Positions 28,823-38,857 of a DNA stretch of 64,000 bases are shown piece by piece. The translations under genes and the position numbers were made by a program. This DNA comes from Candidatus Eiseniibacteriota bacterium (lineage in GTDB: Bacteria > Eisenbacteria > RBG-16-71-46). Within the stretch, counting starts at the first letter, position 1. Each line of letters starts with the position of its first letter. The notes beneath the pieces are model-generated. The model was not told the DNA's origin. It did no database searches and saw only the letters and a program-made list of their open reading frames with translations. Where the stretch lies: the NCBI GenBank assembly GCA_963725865.1, contig CAVSAC010000014.1:1472001-1536000 (forward strand), given 5' to 3'.

Positions 28823-30162
28823 CGGCGACCACGGACCTCCGCTCCGCGAACGCACGGCAGGTGGCCGGCTGGCCGGCGCAGGCCGAGGCGCGCGCCGCGC
28901 AGAATCGCGAGCCCGCGTGGGCGCTCGAGCGCCGGCGGCTGGCCGCGCGGCTCGTGAAGACGATGCCGTTCCCCGACCGCACGCAGGACCTGTGGCGGCG
29001 CACCGACTTCGGGGGTCTCGCTTTCGAGGAGCTGGTGCCGTTCACGCCCGGCGCGCGGGCGCGCAACGTGGACGACCTGCCGGCGCCGATCCTCGAGCGG
29101 CTCACCGCCGACAGCGGACCGGTGGCGCTGCTGGTGCAGCGCGACGGCGAGGTCGTGCTCGAGCAGACGCATCCCGACCTCGAGCGTCAGGGCGTCATCG
29201 TGTGCTCGCTGGAGCGCGCGCTCCGCGAGCATCCGGAGAAGCTCGAATCGCGGCTCAGCGCGCTGGTGGAGCCCGATCACGACGCCTTCACCGCGCTGCA
29301 GAGTGCCGTCCGTGCGGGCGGAGCGTTCGTGTGGGTCCCCGACGGCGTCGACGCCGCGGTGCCCATCCGGCTGTTCCAGTGGATCGATCGCGCGGGCGTG
29401 GTCAACGCGCCGGCGAACGTGATCGTGGTCGGCGAGCGGGCGCGCGCGACCGTGCTCGAGGACCAGCTCTCGCCGACCTTCGAGGGCGCCGCGTTCCACG
29501 CCGGCTCCACCGAGGTGTTCGTGGGCGACGCCGCGCGTCTGGTGTTCTCGACCGACGAGGAGTGGGGGCGCAGCGTGGTCCACTACTCGAACCAGCGTGC
29601 GCGGGTGGGCCGCGACGCCGAGCTTCAGTGGGTGCAGAACCTGCTCGGCGCTCGCATGGTGAAGACCAACTCGTACTTCGATCTCGCCGCGCCCGGCGCG
29701 CAGGTGTTCGTGCACGGCTTCATGTTCGGCGACGGCCGGCAGCACTTCGACCTGCACACGCTCCAGCGCCACCGGATGGACCACACCACCAGCGACCTGC
29801 TCATCAAGACCGTGCTGAAGGACCGCGCGCGCAGCATCTACCAGGGCCTGATCCAGGTCAGCGAAGGCGCGCAGCGCACCGACGCCTACCAGGCCAATCG
29901 CAACCTGCTGCTGTCCGAGACCGCGCGCGCCGACAGCATTCCCGGCCTCGAGATCCTCGCGAACGACGTGCGCTGCACGCACGGCGCGACCATCGGGCAG
30001 GTGGACGAGGAGCAGATGTACTACCTTCTGGCGCGCGGGCTGCGCCCGAACGAGGCCCAGCGGCTGATCGTCGAGGGGTTCTTCGCGCCGGTGCTCGACC
30101 GCATCCCGCTGGAGACCGTGCGCGATCGCCTGCGCCTCGCGATCCAGCAGAAGATCGGATAG
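28819..30162 (+). CDS. sufD: Fe-S cluster assembly protein SufD
   Basis: [21 protein letters not shown] and [20 protein letters not shown] at 28819 overlaps the sufB stop. Confidence 0.94.
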   Translation: MTATTDLRSANARQVAGWPAQAEARAAQNREPAWALERRRLAARLVKTMPFPDRTQDLWRRTDFGGLAFEELVPFTPGARARNVDDLPAPILERLTADSGPVALLVQRDGEVVLEQTHPDLERQGVIVCSLERALREHPEKLESRLSALVEPDHDAFTALQSAVRAGGAFVWVPDGVDAAVPIRLFQWIDRAGVVNAPANVIVVGERARATVLEDQLSPTFEGAAFHAGSTEVFVGDAARLVFSTDEEWGRSVVHYSNQRARVGRDAELQWVQNLLGARMVKTNSYFDLAAPGAQVFVHGFMFGDGRQHFDLHTLQRHRMDHTTSDLLIKTVLKDRARSIYQGLIQVSEGAQRTDAYQANRNLLLSETARADSIPGLEILANDVRCTHGATIGQVDEEQMYYLLARGLRPNEAQRLIVEGFFAPVLDRIPLETVRDRLRLAIQQKIG

Positions 30163-30166
30163 GGCC

Positions 30167-31432
30167 ATGAGCCACGCCTCCGGGTCGGCTGCGGCCGCCC
30201 CGCCCCGGACCTTCGACGCACGCGCGATCCGCGAACGCTTCCCGATCCTGCGGGGACCGCTCGAACGGCCGCTCGTGTACCTCGACAGCGCCGCCACGTC
30301 GCAGAAACCCGATGTGGTGCTCGAGGCGATGGACCGCTACTACTCGACCATCAACGCGAACATCCACCGCGGCGTCTACCGCATCGCCGAGCAGGCGACC
30401 GCGGCGTACGAGGACGCGCGCCGGCGAGTCGCGAAGTTCGTGAACGCGGCCAGCCCGCGCGAGCTGATCTTCACCCGCAACAGCACCGAGGCGATCAACC
30501 TGGTGGCGTACGCCTGGGGGCGCGCGTTCACGGCGCGCGGCGACGCGATCCTGCTCACCGAGATGGAGCACCATTCGAACCTGGTGCCCTGGCAGCTGCT
30601 GGCGGCCGAGCGCGGCCTGGAGCTGCGCTTCATCCCGGTCACGCCCGACGGCCTGCTCGACCTGACGGCGCTGCCGCGACTGCTCGGCGACGGCCGGGTG
30701 AAGTTCGCCGCGTTCGTGCACGTGTCGAACGTGCTCGGCACCGTGAACGACGCCGCGGCCATCGCGCGCACCTTGAAGGCCGCGGGCGCCACCGTGCTGA
30801 TCGACGCGTCGCAGAGCGTGCCGCACATGCCGGTGGACGTGCAGGCGCTGGGCGCCGACTTCGTGGCATTCACAGGACACAAGATGCTCGGGCCGACCGG
30901 AATCGGCGCGCTGTGGGGACGCCGCGCGCTGCTGGAAGCGATGCCCCCGTTCCTCGGCGGTGGCGAGATGATCCGCGAGGTGAAGCTCACCGAGTCCAAG
31001 TGGAACGATCTGCCGTGGAAGTTCGAAGCCGGCACCATGGCGATCGCCGAGGCGATCGGGCTGGGCGCCGCCGTCGACTTCCTGGAATCGCTCGGGATGG
31101 AGGCGGTGTTCGCGCACGACCAGGCGATGGCGGCGCTCACCATGGAACGCCTGCGCGAGATCCCCGAAGTGCGCGTGCTGGGTCCGCCGGCGCACCAGCG
31201 CGGCGGAGTGGTGGCGTTCACGTTCGAGGGCGTGCATCCGCACGACGTCGCGACCGTGCTCGACGGCGATGGCGTGGCAGTGCGCGCGGGACATCACTGC
31301 GCGATGCCGCTCCACGAGAAGCTCGGGATTCCGGCCTCGGCGCGCGCTTCGTTCCACTGCTACTCGATCCCCGAGGACGTCGAGGCGCTGGTGCGGGGAC
31401 TGCACCGCGTTCGGGAGGCCTTCGGCCGATGA
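30167..31432 (+). CDS. sufS: Cysteine desulfurase SufS
   Basis: YLDSAATSQKP, MEHHSN, TGHKMLGPTG and RAGHHCA. Confidence 0.96.
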   Translation: MSHASGSAAAAPPRTFDARAIRERFPILRGPLERPLVYLDSAATSQKPDVVLEAMDRYYSTINANIHRGVYRIAEQATAAYEDARRRVAKFVNAASPRELIFTRNSTEAINLVAYAWGRAFTARGDAILLTEMEHHSNLVPWQLLAAERGLELRFIPVTPDGLLDLTALPRLLGDGRVKFAAFVHVSNVLGTVNDAAAIARTLKAAGATVLIDASQSVPHMPVDVQALGADFVAFTGHKMLGPTGIGALWGRRALLEAMPPFLGGGEMIREVKLTESKWNDLPWKFEAGTMAIAEAIGLGAAVDFLESLGMEAVFAHDQAMAALTMERLREIPEVRVLGPPAHQRGGVVAFTFEGVHPHDVATVLDGDGVAVRAGHHCAMPLHEKLGIPASARASFHCYSIPEDVEALVRGLHRVREAFGR

Positions 31433-31845
31433 GCGGGTGGGAAGAGCTGTACCGCGAGAACATCCTCGACCACTACCAGCACCCGCGGAACCGCGGCACG
31501 ATCGAGCATCCGGACGTCACGTACGAGGACGCGAACCCGCTGTGCGGCGACAAGCTGCGCATGGACTTCCGCATCGCCGACGGCCGTATCACCGAGGTGA
31601 AGTTCTCGGGCGCCGGCTGTGCGATCAGCCAGGCCTCGGCGTCGATGCTGTGCGAGCGCATCGAGGGCAAGACGCTCGAGGAGGTCAAGGCGCTCACGCG
31701 CGAGGACGTGCTCGAGATGCTCGGCATCGAGCTCGGCCCGGTGCGGCTCAAGTGCGCCATGCTCGCGCTGAAGACGCTGAAGGCCGGCGTGTACGGGATC
31801 AACCAGTGGCCGGGCGAGGACGAGGACGAGGGATCGAAGGCGTGA
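31429..31845 (+). CDS. sufU: SufU/IscU-type sulfur-transfer or scaffold protein
   Basis: ILDHYQHPRN, NPLCGD, GCAISQASAS and RLKCA. Confidence 0.92.
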   Translation: MSGWEELYRENILDHYQHPRNRGTIEHPDVTYEDANPLCGDKLRMDFRIADGRITEVKFSGAGCAISQASASMLCERIEGKTLEEVKALTREDVLEMLGIELGPVRLKCAMLALKTLKAGVYGINQWPGEDEDEGSKA

Positions 31846-32162
31846 CCGCGTCCGACGGCTTCGTGACAGTGGCGAAGGTGGGCGAGATCACCGAGGGCGG
31901 CGTGAAGGTGGCGTACGTCGACGGCATCGCGGTGGCGGTGTTCCTCGTCGGCGGGGAGTACTTCGCGCTCGAGGACGTCTGCACGCACGACGGCGGACCG
32001 CTCGCCGAGGGCTCGCTCGAGGACCACGTGATCGAGTGCCCGCGCCATGGGGCGCGGTTCGACATCCGCACCGGAGCGGTGGTGGCGCTACCCGCGACCT
32101 CGCCGGTGCCGACCTACGCCGTGCGCTTGCAGGGCGACGATATCCAGGTGGGGTGGTCATGA
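31842..32162 (+). CDS. Rieske [2Fe-2S] ferredoxin (dioxygenase-type)
   Basis: CTH...CPRHGARFD. GTG start overlaps the sufU stop. Confidence 0.92.
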   Translation: MTASDGFVTVAKVGEITEGGVKVAYVDGIAVAVFLVGGEYFALEDVCTHDGGPLAEGSLEDHVIECPRHGARFDIRTGAVVALPATSPVPTYAVRLQGDDIQVGWS

Positions 32163-32668
32163 ACGACGAGAAGCCGAAGAACCCGCACACCGGTCAGCCA
32201 CTGCCCGAGGACGCCGCGCCGCACCGCACGGCGGACTTCTTCGCCGAGCCACCGGGCCCCGATCCGGCGCGGCCGGACCCGCCCGCGCCCGCGATGGGCG
32301 CGTCGGATCCCGCGTACGAGAACGCCGCGCGCGCGTCGTCGTTCGCCGCGGCGCAGCAGGCCGCGACCGCCGCGCCGAGCCAGCAGGAGCTGGCGATCCG
32401 CGCGGCGCTCGAGACCGTGATGGATCCCGAGATCGGCCTGTCGGTCATCGATCTCGGCCTGATCCGCGAGGTGCTGCTCTCGCCCGGGCACACTCACATC
32501 AAGATGATGCTCACCACGCCGTTCTGCCCGTACGCGCCGCAGATGGCCGAGGACGTGAAGCAGGCGGCCACCAGCGTGGTGCCGCAGGTGACCGAGGTCG
32601 AGCTGCTGCCCGACCCCTGGAGCCCCGAGCTGATGCCGGATCCCAGCCTGCTGGGGTATTCGTTCTAG
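32159..32668 (+). CDS. DUF59 / SufT-type metal-sulfur cluster assembly factor
   Basis: VMDPEIGLSVIDLGLI, LTTPFCP and PWSPELM. Confidence 0.88.
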   Translation: MNDEKPKNPHTGQPLPEDAAPHRTADFFAEPPGPDPARPDPPAPAMGASDPAYENAARASSFAAAQQAATAAPSQQELAIRAALETVMDPEIGLSVIDLGLIREVLLSPGHTHIKMMLTTPFCPYAPQMAEDVKQAATSVVPQVTEVELLPDPWSPELMPDPSLLGYSF

Positions 32669-32786
32669 CGCGAGTCCGTCCGATCCCGCCTCCGTAGTAC
32701 TCCGCATGGCGAGACCGCGCGGCCGGGACTAACCTCATCGCGAGTCCCCACTCGGCCCGCCCGAGCATGCCGCGGGAGCTACCGCC

Positions 32787-33491
32787 ATGGAGGCCACGAT
32801 GAATCCTCTACCGCGCGTGCGCCGACGTGCCGCACCGGCCGCACGCATCGCAACGCTCGCACTCGGTGGCATCGGGTTGGTGGTTGCGCTCGCGACCGCA
32901 GCTGCCGCGGATGGCGATGTCTCGAACATCTCCCTGCCGAACCTCATCCTGCTGGTGGGGCACGACGGCGCCGGCCAACCGGACCCCGCCGGGCAGATCC
33001 AGGTGACGGTGCGCGACCTCGGGGGCAATCTGGTCGCGGGCAGCCTGGTCGAGATCGACTTCACGCGGTGCCCGGACATCCGCATCGCGGCGAACCAGCC
33101 CGATCCCGGACTCTCGGTGGATTGCGCGCTCCACCGCGTGCGTGCGATCTCGGATGCGAACGGCATCGCGCGATTCCGGATCGTCGGGGGCGCGCTCAAT
33201 CCGGGTGGCGCACCGGGATGCGGCTTCTGGAGCGGGGCCTTCTACGTCGACGGGGGCTTCGCCGGATTCCGCACCGTGGCGGCGTTCGATGAGAACGGGC
33301 TCAACGGTCTCGACGGCGGCGATCTCGCCGCGTGGGTCACCGACTACTTCGGGGCCGCGCCGGTGGGACGGTCCGACTACGACGGCAGCGGCGGGATCGG
33401 GGGAAACGACGCGGCAATCTGGGCGAGGGCCTACTTCGCGAACGGCTCGCGTTTCGGCGCAGGCTCGCTCCCGGGCGGACTCTGTCCCTGA
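32787..33491 (+). CDS. Secreted Ig-like + dockerin/EF-hand-like protein, paralogue 1
   Basis: Signal peptide, VGHDGAGQPDP, VTVRD, DENGLNG...DLAAW, RSDYDGSG and GGLCP C-terminus. Confidence 0.8.
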   Translation: MEATMNPLPRVRRRAAPAARIATLALGGIGLVVALATAAAADGDVSNISLPNLILLVGHDGAGQPDPAGQIQVTVRDLGGNLVAGSLVEIDFTRCPDIRIAANQPDPGLSVDCALHRVRAISDANGIARFRIVGGALNPGGAPGCGFWSGAFYVDGGFAGFRTVAAFDENGLNGLDGGDLAAWVTDYFGAAPVGRSDYDGSGGIGGNDAAIWARAYFANGSRFGAGSLPGGLCP

Positions 33492-33504
33492 GTCGCCGCT
33501 CGGC

Positions 33505-33537
33505 CGGCGACCGCGGGCGCGGTTCCCGCGGTCGCCG
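33505..33537 (+). terminator. Perfect 13-bp stem hairpin after paralogue 1
   Basis: cggcgaccgcggg-cgcggtt-cccgcggtcgccg. Confidence 0.5.
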
Positions 33538-33777
33538 ATCCGGTGCGTGACCGGGGCGGGGCGGCGCGGAAGCCGCGGTGGGGCTTGGTGGCTGGTGCGA
33601 ACCCGTCTCCGTATCTTCACGGATGGCGATGCGCGTGTCGCGCCGACTACACTCGCGCCAATCCCCCAGCGCGTCTTCTCCCGCGCAGCGAAAGGCCGAT
33701 CCGAGGTTGCGCGTCTGTCGCGCGGTCGCGGTCCGGCCACGGCTACGGACGTCGGCGGTCGAAAGGCGGATCCCCTC

Positions 33778-34446
33778 ATGCGCAGACTCGCCCAGCACCT
33801 CCTGCTTGTGCTGCTCTCGATGACCTCGGTGGCCGCGATGCCCGCGGCGGCACGGGCCCAGATCATCGACCCGCCGGCAAACAACTCGACCATCCCGCTG
33901 CATATCATCGTGGTCGGCCACGACGGCGCGGGGCAGGCCGATCCGATCGGGCAGTTCACGGTCACCGTGCGCGACCTCGCGAACAACCCGGTGGCGGGCG
34001 CGAATGTGGTCTGCGACTTCTCGAACTACACCGATCTCGAGGTCGCGGCGACCCAGCCCTTCCCGGGAGTCTCGTCGCTCTGTGCCAATCACTCCGTCCT
34101 CGCGTTGACCGACGTCAGCGGGGTGGCGACGTTCCGGGTGGTCGGAGCCGCGACGAGCAGTGGACCATCGGGCACCGGAATGCTCGCGATGCGCATCTAC
34201 GCCGACGGGGTGCTGCTGGGCAACATCTCGGCCGCGGCGCTCGACCTGGTCGGCCAGGACGGCCTCTCGGGAAGCGATCTCGCGGCATGGACCACCGACG
34301 CCTTCTCGGGCCTGCCGCTCGCGCGCTCGGACTACGATGGCAGCGGCGCGATCGGCGGCAGCGACCTCGCGATCTGGGCGCGGGCCTACTTCGCGAACGG
34401 CTCGCGCTTCGGCGCCGGCTCGCTCGCCGGCGGCTTGTGCCCGTGA
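33778..34446 (+). CDS. Secreted Ig-like + dockerin/EF-hand-like protein, paralogue 2
   Basis: Signal peptide MRRLAQHLLL..., VGHDGAGQADP, RSDYDGSG and GGLCP. Confidence 0.8.
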   Translation: MRRLAQHLLLVLLSMTSVAAMPAAARAQIIDPPANNSTIPLHIIVVGHDGAGQADPIGQFTVTVRDLANNPVAGANVVCDFSNYTDLEVAATQPFPGVSSLCANHSVLALTDVSGVATFRVVGAATSSGPSGTGMLAMRIYADGVLLGNISAAALDLVGQDGLSGSDLAAWTTDAFSGLPLARSDYDGSGAIGGSDLAIWARAYFANGSRFGAGSLAGGLCP

Positions 34447-34569
34447 CGCGCTGAAGCGCCGCCCCGCTGGCGGGCGGCCCACGCGAGGCCTATGCTCCTC
34501 GCGACTCCCCGATGCGCCGCCCCCGGGCGCGGACACGATCCGACCCGCGGGTCGGAACAGGAGGCCGCG

Positions 34570-35268
34570 ATGTTCCGGGGTTCCACCCTGGTTGCCCTCG
34601 TGCTCGGCGCGTGCGCCGCGATGTTCGCGCGGCTTCTGATGTCGGTGCTCCTCTTGGTCACGGTCGTCTCGAGCGCCTGCGCCGGAGGTGCGTCGAAGGC
34701 CACGTACTACACCGTCGTGCTCTCGCGCCGACCGATCGTCGTGGGTCACGATGGTGCCGGCCACGCGGACCCGATGGGGGCATTCACCGTCACCGTGTTG
34801 AACTGGGGCACTCCGGTCAGCATGGCCCAGGTCGTCTGCGAGTTCACGCCCGCGCCGGGCCTGAGGATCGCCCGCGTCCAACCCGAATCCGGGATGTTCT
34901 TCGCCTGCGTGAGCTCGGTCCCGAACCTCGCCGTTCTCACCGACGGCGCGGGCGTGGCGCGCTTCTCGATCGTCGGCGGCCTGACGGGTGCCACCTCCGG
35001 CGCAACGACCATGAGGATCTACGTCGACGGCTCGCCGAAGAGCACCCTGGATGTCGGGGTCCTCGATCTCACCGGCCTGGACGGTCTCGGCGGGGCCGAT
35101 CTCGCGGTCTGGCTCCAGGACTACTTCGCCGGCGCGCCGTACGGACGCTCCGACTACGACGGCGATGGAATGACCGGCGGCGGCGATCTCGCGATCTGGT
35201 GCCAGGCGTTCTTCGCGAACGGCTCGCGCTACGGCGCCGGATCGCTCGCTGGCGGACTGTGCCCATGA
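34570..35268 (+). CDS. Secreted Ig-like + dockerin/EF-hand-like protein, paralogue 3 (start 34570 or 34621)
   Basis: AGGAGG RBS, VGHDGAGHADP, RSDYDGDG and GGLCP. Confidence 0.78.
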   Translation: MFRGSTLVALVLGACAAMFARLLMSVLLLVTVVSSACAGGASKATYYTVVLSRRPIVVGHDGAGHADPMGAFTVTVLNWGTPVSMAQVVCEFTPAPGLRIARVQPESGMFFACVSSVPNLAVLTDGAGVARFSIVGGLTGATSGATTMRIYVDGSPKSTLDVGVLDLTGLDGLGGADLAVWLQDYFAGAPYGRSDYDGDGMTGGGDLAIWCQAFFANGSRYGAGSLAGGLCP

Positions 35269-35986
35269 GGTCCCGAGCGAAGACCAGGGCGTCGCACCCA
35301 CGCGAAGCAGGGCAGGCTCCGTCCACGCGTCCGAGCTTCGCGCGCCTCACACTCATCGCGCTCGTCGCGGTCGTGATCTCCGCGTTCGGCAGCGTTCGCG
35401 CCGATGCCAAGGACGTCGTCGCGACGCTCGTGCTCTCGCGTCACCCGATCGTGGTGGGCCACGACGGCGCGGGAAACGCGGATCGCTCTCGGGGAGTTCA
35501 CCGTCAAGGCGCTCAACCGCTTCGGCAATCCCGTCAGCATGGTCGTGATCAGCTTCGACTTCACTTCCTGCCCGGGGCTGCGGATCACCAGGACCCAATT
35601 GCAGCCCGGCCAGTACAGCCAGTGCGTGAACTCGGCCGCGATCGTGTACGCGCTCACCGGCGGCGATGGCGTGGCGCGCTTCCGGATCGTCGGCAGCGTG
35701 CAGGGCAGCGGCTCCGAGCCCGAACGTCGTGACGATCTCGACCGACTTCTCGCAGCGGGGTTGGATGAGCTTCGCGGCCTTCGACCTGAATGGGGTCGGT
35801 GGCCTCGGAGGGGCCGACCTCGCGGCGTGGGCCGCGGACTACTTCGCAGGGACGAAGCACTTGCGCTCGGACTACGACGGCGATGGCTCGCTCGGCGGCG
35901 CCGATCTCTCGATCCTCGCCCAGGCGTACTTCGCCGGCGGATCGCTCCAGAGTGCCTCTTCGCTCGCGGGCGGGCTGTGCCCGTGA
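35265..35986 (+). CDS. Secreted Ig-like + dockerin/EF-hand-like protein, paralogue 4, with two apparent frameshifts (about 35487 and 35718)
   Basis: The family motifs VGHDGAGNAD / LGEFTVK...ARFRIVG / FDLNG...RSDYDGDG...GGLCP are spread over three successive frames. Confidence 0.7.
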
Positions 35987-36065
35987 CAGGCCGGGCGAGG
36001 GGTATTGCGACCAGTGGGTCCGCCGGCCCCGGCCTTCATCTCGCGTGCGCCGACCGCCGCGCTCG

Positions 36066-36311
36066 CTAGCGGACCGCCAGCGTTCCGGCGGGCTCGCCGG
36101 AGGGCGTGGTCGCGGTGGGTAGCTCGTCCGGGGCGCGCCAGGCACCGCCGTCGATTCGGACCTGCACGATGTGCAGCCCCGGCTCCGCCTGCGAGACCAG
36201 CTCCCACCAGCCGGCCGTCAGGCGATCGAGGGCTCGCGTCTCCCCGTCCGTCAGCTCGCCACGCATCTCGAGACTGCCGGCGCCGGTGCAGCGCACGTGC
36301 GCCGCGGACAT
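36066..36311 (-). CDS. Small CBM48/glycogen-binding-like domain protein, possibly a remnant
   Basis: LEMRGELTD...GWWE...PGLH...VRIDGGAW resembles the AMPK1_CBM pattern G(D/S)FxxW...PGxY...VDGxW, but is degenerate. Confidence 0.45.
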   Translation of the reverse strand: MSAAHVRCTGAGSLEMRGELTDGETRALDRLTAGWWELVSQAEPGLHIVQVRIDGGAWRAPDELPTATTPSGEPAGTLAVR

Positions 36312-36321
36312 GGCCGCGGCC

Positions 36322-36870
36322 TCACCAGCCGTAGGAGAGGCCCCAGTTGAGCTTCACCTGCCGCGCGCCGGGCAGGTGGTGATACTTCACCTCGACGAAG
36401 TTCTCGATCCGGCCGCCGAGCGGGAACGTCAGCCCGCCGAGTGCCGCCAGACCGCCCCGCATGTTGGAGTGCGATTCGTCGATGCCGAGCGCGCTCGAGG
36501 TCACGTCGCTCGACAGGAAGTGCAGCCCGAAGCCCGCCCCCAGGTACGGATGCGCGGCGCCGGCCTTGAACTCCCAGCGGGCGTCGAGCCCGAGGGTCGC
36601 GTCCTTGCGCGAGGACTTGATGCGGTAGGGGTCGACGGTGTTGTGGCTGCGCCAGTACTCGACCGTCGGCATGAACACCAGCTGGGGCACGAACGCATCG
36701 GACCGCACGCGGGTCCGCAGGGCGAGCCCGGAGAACGAGCTCTGGTCCTGCTGCATCACGGTCGACGTGATGCCGTCGATGCCGACCAGCTGCAGCGCGG
36801 CCGGGGCGGGAGCGGGGACGATCACGGCGAAAGCGAGCGCGGCCGCGAGAACCAGGTCCTTCTGGCGCAT
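36322..36870 (-). CDS. Outer-membrane beta-barrel protein (OmpA/OmpW-like, 8-stranded)
   Basis: Signal peptide, HPYLGAGFG, C-terminal strand LNWGLSYGW and AGGAG RBS. Confidence 0.8.
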   Translation of the reverse strand: MRQKDLVLAAALAFAVIVPAPAPAALQLVGIDGITSTVMQQDQSSFSGLALRTRVRSDAFVPQLVFMPTVEYWRSHNTVDPYRIKSSRKDATLGLDARWEFKAGAAHPYLGAGFGLHFLSSDVTSSALGIDESHSNMRGGLAALGGLTFPLGGRIENFVEVKYHHLPGARQVKLNWGLSYGW

Positions 36871-37094
36871 GCGAACTCCTTGGAGGATCCATCCTCCGGC
36901 GAGCAGGGCGGGGTGCGGGGAGCGACCGCGCGACCGTAGCAGGCGAGCGCCCGGCCGGCCAGCGTGAATGTCGCCGCGGCCGCGCCTGTCACCCCCTTGA
37001 CGTTCGCGCCCGCGGTTGGCACCGTGCGCGTGGAGTCTCCCCCAAGCGTACTCGCTCCCCCGCGTGAGAGCCGGCCCACCCATCCGGAGGCCTC

Positions 37095-37931
37095 GTGACC
37101 GTCTACGATCTGCGCCCGTTGACGCTCGGCGAAGTGTTCGATCGCGCGTTCTCGATCTACCGCGCTCATTTCTTCAAGCTGATCGGCATCACCACGCTCG
37201 CGCTGGTGATCCCCTACTCGCTCTACACCGCGGCGCTCTACGAGAGCCAGCACGCGGTGGCGGCCGGGCAGGTGAACGTGGCCGCCGTGATCGTGATGCT
37301 CGTGGGCGTCATCGGGCTGCTGGCGGCCTACGCCGTGGTCCAGGCCGCCGTCATGCACGCGGTCTCCGAGCTCTACCTGGGGCACCCGATCACCATCGGC
37401 GACGCGTACGCACGCACGAGCGGCTCGATCTGGCGCATCCTGGTGCTGTTCCTCCTGCAGGGACTCGGAATCTGCCTCGGACTCCTGCTGTTCATCGTCC
37501 CCGGCATCCTCCTCGCGCTGCGCTGGCTGGTGGGGGTGCCGGCGCTGGTGGTGGAAGGGCTCGGACCGGGCGCCGCGCTCTCGCGCAGCATGACCCTGAC
37601 CTCCAACATGGCCGGGCGCATGTTCGTCGCGGTGCTGCTCCAGTTCGTGCTGGGCATGGTGGTCTCCATGGTGCTCACGATGCCGTTCACCGTCCTCGAG
37701 ATCGCCGCCGCGGCAAAGGGCCAGATCTCGCCGGGGATCCAGGCGCTCTCCCAGGTCGGACAGCTGCTGTCGAGCGTGCTGGTGTTCCCGATCGCGAGCG
37801 CGATCGTGTGCGTGCTGTACTACGACCTGCGGGTGCGCAAGGAGGGCTTCGATCTGGAGCAGATGGTGAGCCAGCTGGGGCGCCCCGCCGCGCCGAGCCT
37901 GATCCCGCCGCCGCCGCCGGTCGCCGGGTAG
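37095..37931 (+). CDS. Integral membrane protein of MoxR clusters (GDPD-membrane-domain-like)
   Basis: LRPLTLGEVFDRAF...YYDLRVRKEGFDL. GGAGG RBS. Confidence 0.8.
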   Translation: MTVYDLRPLTLGEVFDRAFSIYRAHFFKLIGITTLALVIPYSLYTAALYESQHAVAAGQVNVAAVIVMLVGVIGLLAAYAVVQAAVMHAVSELYLGHPITIGDAYARTSGSIWRILVLFLLQGLGICLGLLLFIVPGILLALRWLVGVPALVVEGLGPGAALSRSMTLTSNMAGRMFVAVLLQFVLGMVVSMVLTMPFTVLEIAAAAKGQISPGIQALSQVGQLLSSVLVFPIASAIVCVLYYDLRVRKEGFDLEQMVSQLGRPAAPSLIPPPPPVAG

Positions 37932-37945
37932 GAGCCGGAAGCCAC

Positions 37946-38857
37946 GTGCCCCGCGCCCCGGGAATCGCGCGCTGCGCGGCGTGCCTGGCGTGCGCGTGGG
38001 CGCTGCTCGCCGTCCTCGCTCTCGTCGCGCGCGCGGCGGGCGGCGGCGCGGACGACGCGGCCACGCGGGCCGCGCTGCTGCGGATGATCCAGGCGGCGGA
38101 TTCCACGGCCGCCGCGCTCGCGCCCGCCGAGAGTGTCGACTCCGCGTTCGCCCCGGAGCTCGCCCGGGCGCTCGAGAAGCTCGGCGGTCTCACCCGCGGC
38201 GATTCCGCGGCGCAGCGCCATCGCCGGGGCTACGAGTCGCTCGACGTGGCGCAGCGGCGGCTGGCCGAGATCCTCTCGCACCGCGAGTTCGCCCGCGCGC
38301 GCGGCAAGAACCTGCTCGAGCGCGGGCTCGATTCGTTGGCGAGCGCGATCGACCGCCTGCTCGAGAAGCTCTTCCGTCCGCTCGGCCGCGTCCCGGCGAC
38401 CGGCGACGCGCTCGCGTGGCTGGTGCTGATCGCGACCGTGGCGGTGCTGGTGCGCGTGCTGATGCTGACGCTGGGCCCGCGGCCGGGGGCGCAGGAGGCG
38501 GGCGGTGACGAGGCGCGCTCGCCCGAGACCTCCGCCGAGTGGCTGCGGCGCGCTCACGCCGCCGCCGCGCGTGGCGCGTTCCGCGAGGCGGTGCATCACG
38601 CGTACTGGGCGGCGGCGCATCGGCTCGCCGAGAGCGGCACCCTGCCGTTCGATCCCACCCGCACCCATCGCGAGACGCTGCGGCGCGTGCCGTCCACCAC
38701 CGCGGCCCGCGGTCCGCTGGAGCGGCTGGTCGGGCGCTACGAGCGGGTGTGGTACGGCGGTGGAGCGGCCGACGACGCCACGTGGGCGGAAGCCCGCAGC
38801 GGACTGGAGGAGCTCGGATGCCGCAGCGGCTCGAGCCCAGCGAACGCGTCCTCCTGA
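37946..38857 (+). CDS. DUF4129 domain membrane protein
   Basis: C-terminal AAARGAFREAV...DPTRTHRE...YERVWYGG. Start uncertain. Confidence 0.72.
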   Translation: MPRAPGIARCAACLACAWALLAVLALVARAAGGGADDAATRAALLRMIQAADSTAAALAPAESVDSAFAPELARALEKLGGLTRGDSAAQRHRRGYESLDVAQRRLAEILSHREFARARGKNLLERGLDSLASAIDRLLEKLFRPLGRVPATGDALAWLVLIATVAVLVRVLMLTLGPRPGAQEAGGDEARSPETSAEWLRRAHAAAARGAFREAVHHAYWAAAHRLAESGTLPFDPTRTHRETLRRVPSTTAARGPLERLVGRYERVWYGGGAADDATWAEARSGLEELGCRSGSSPANASS

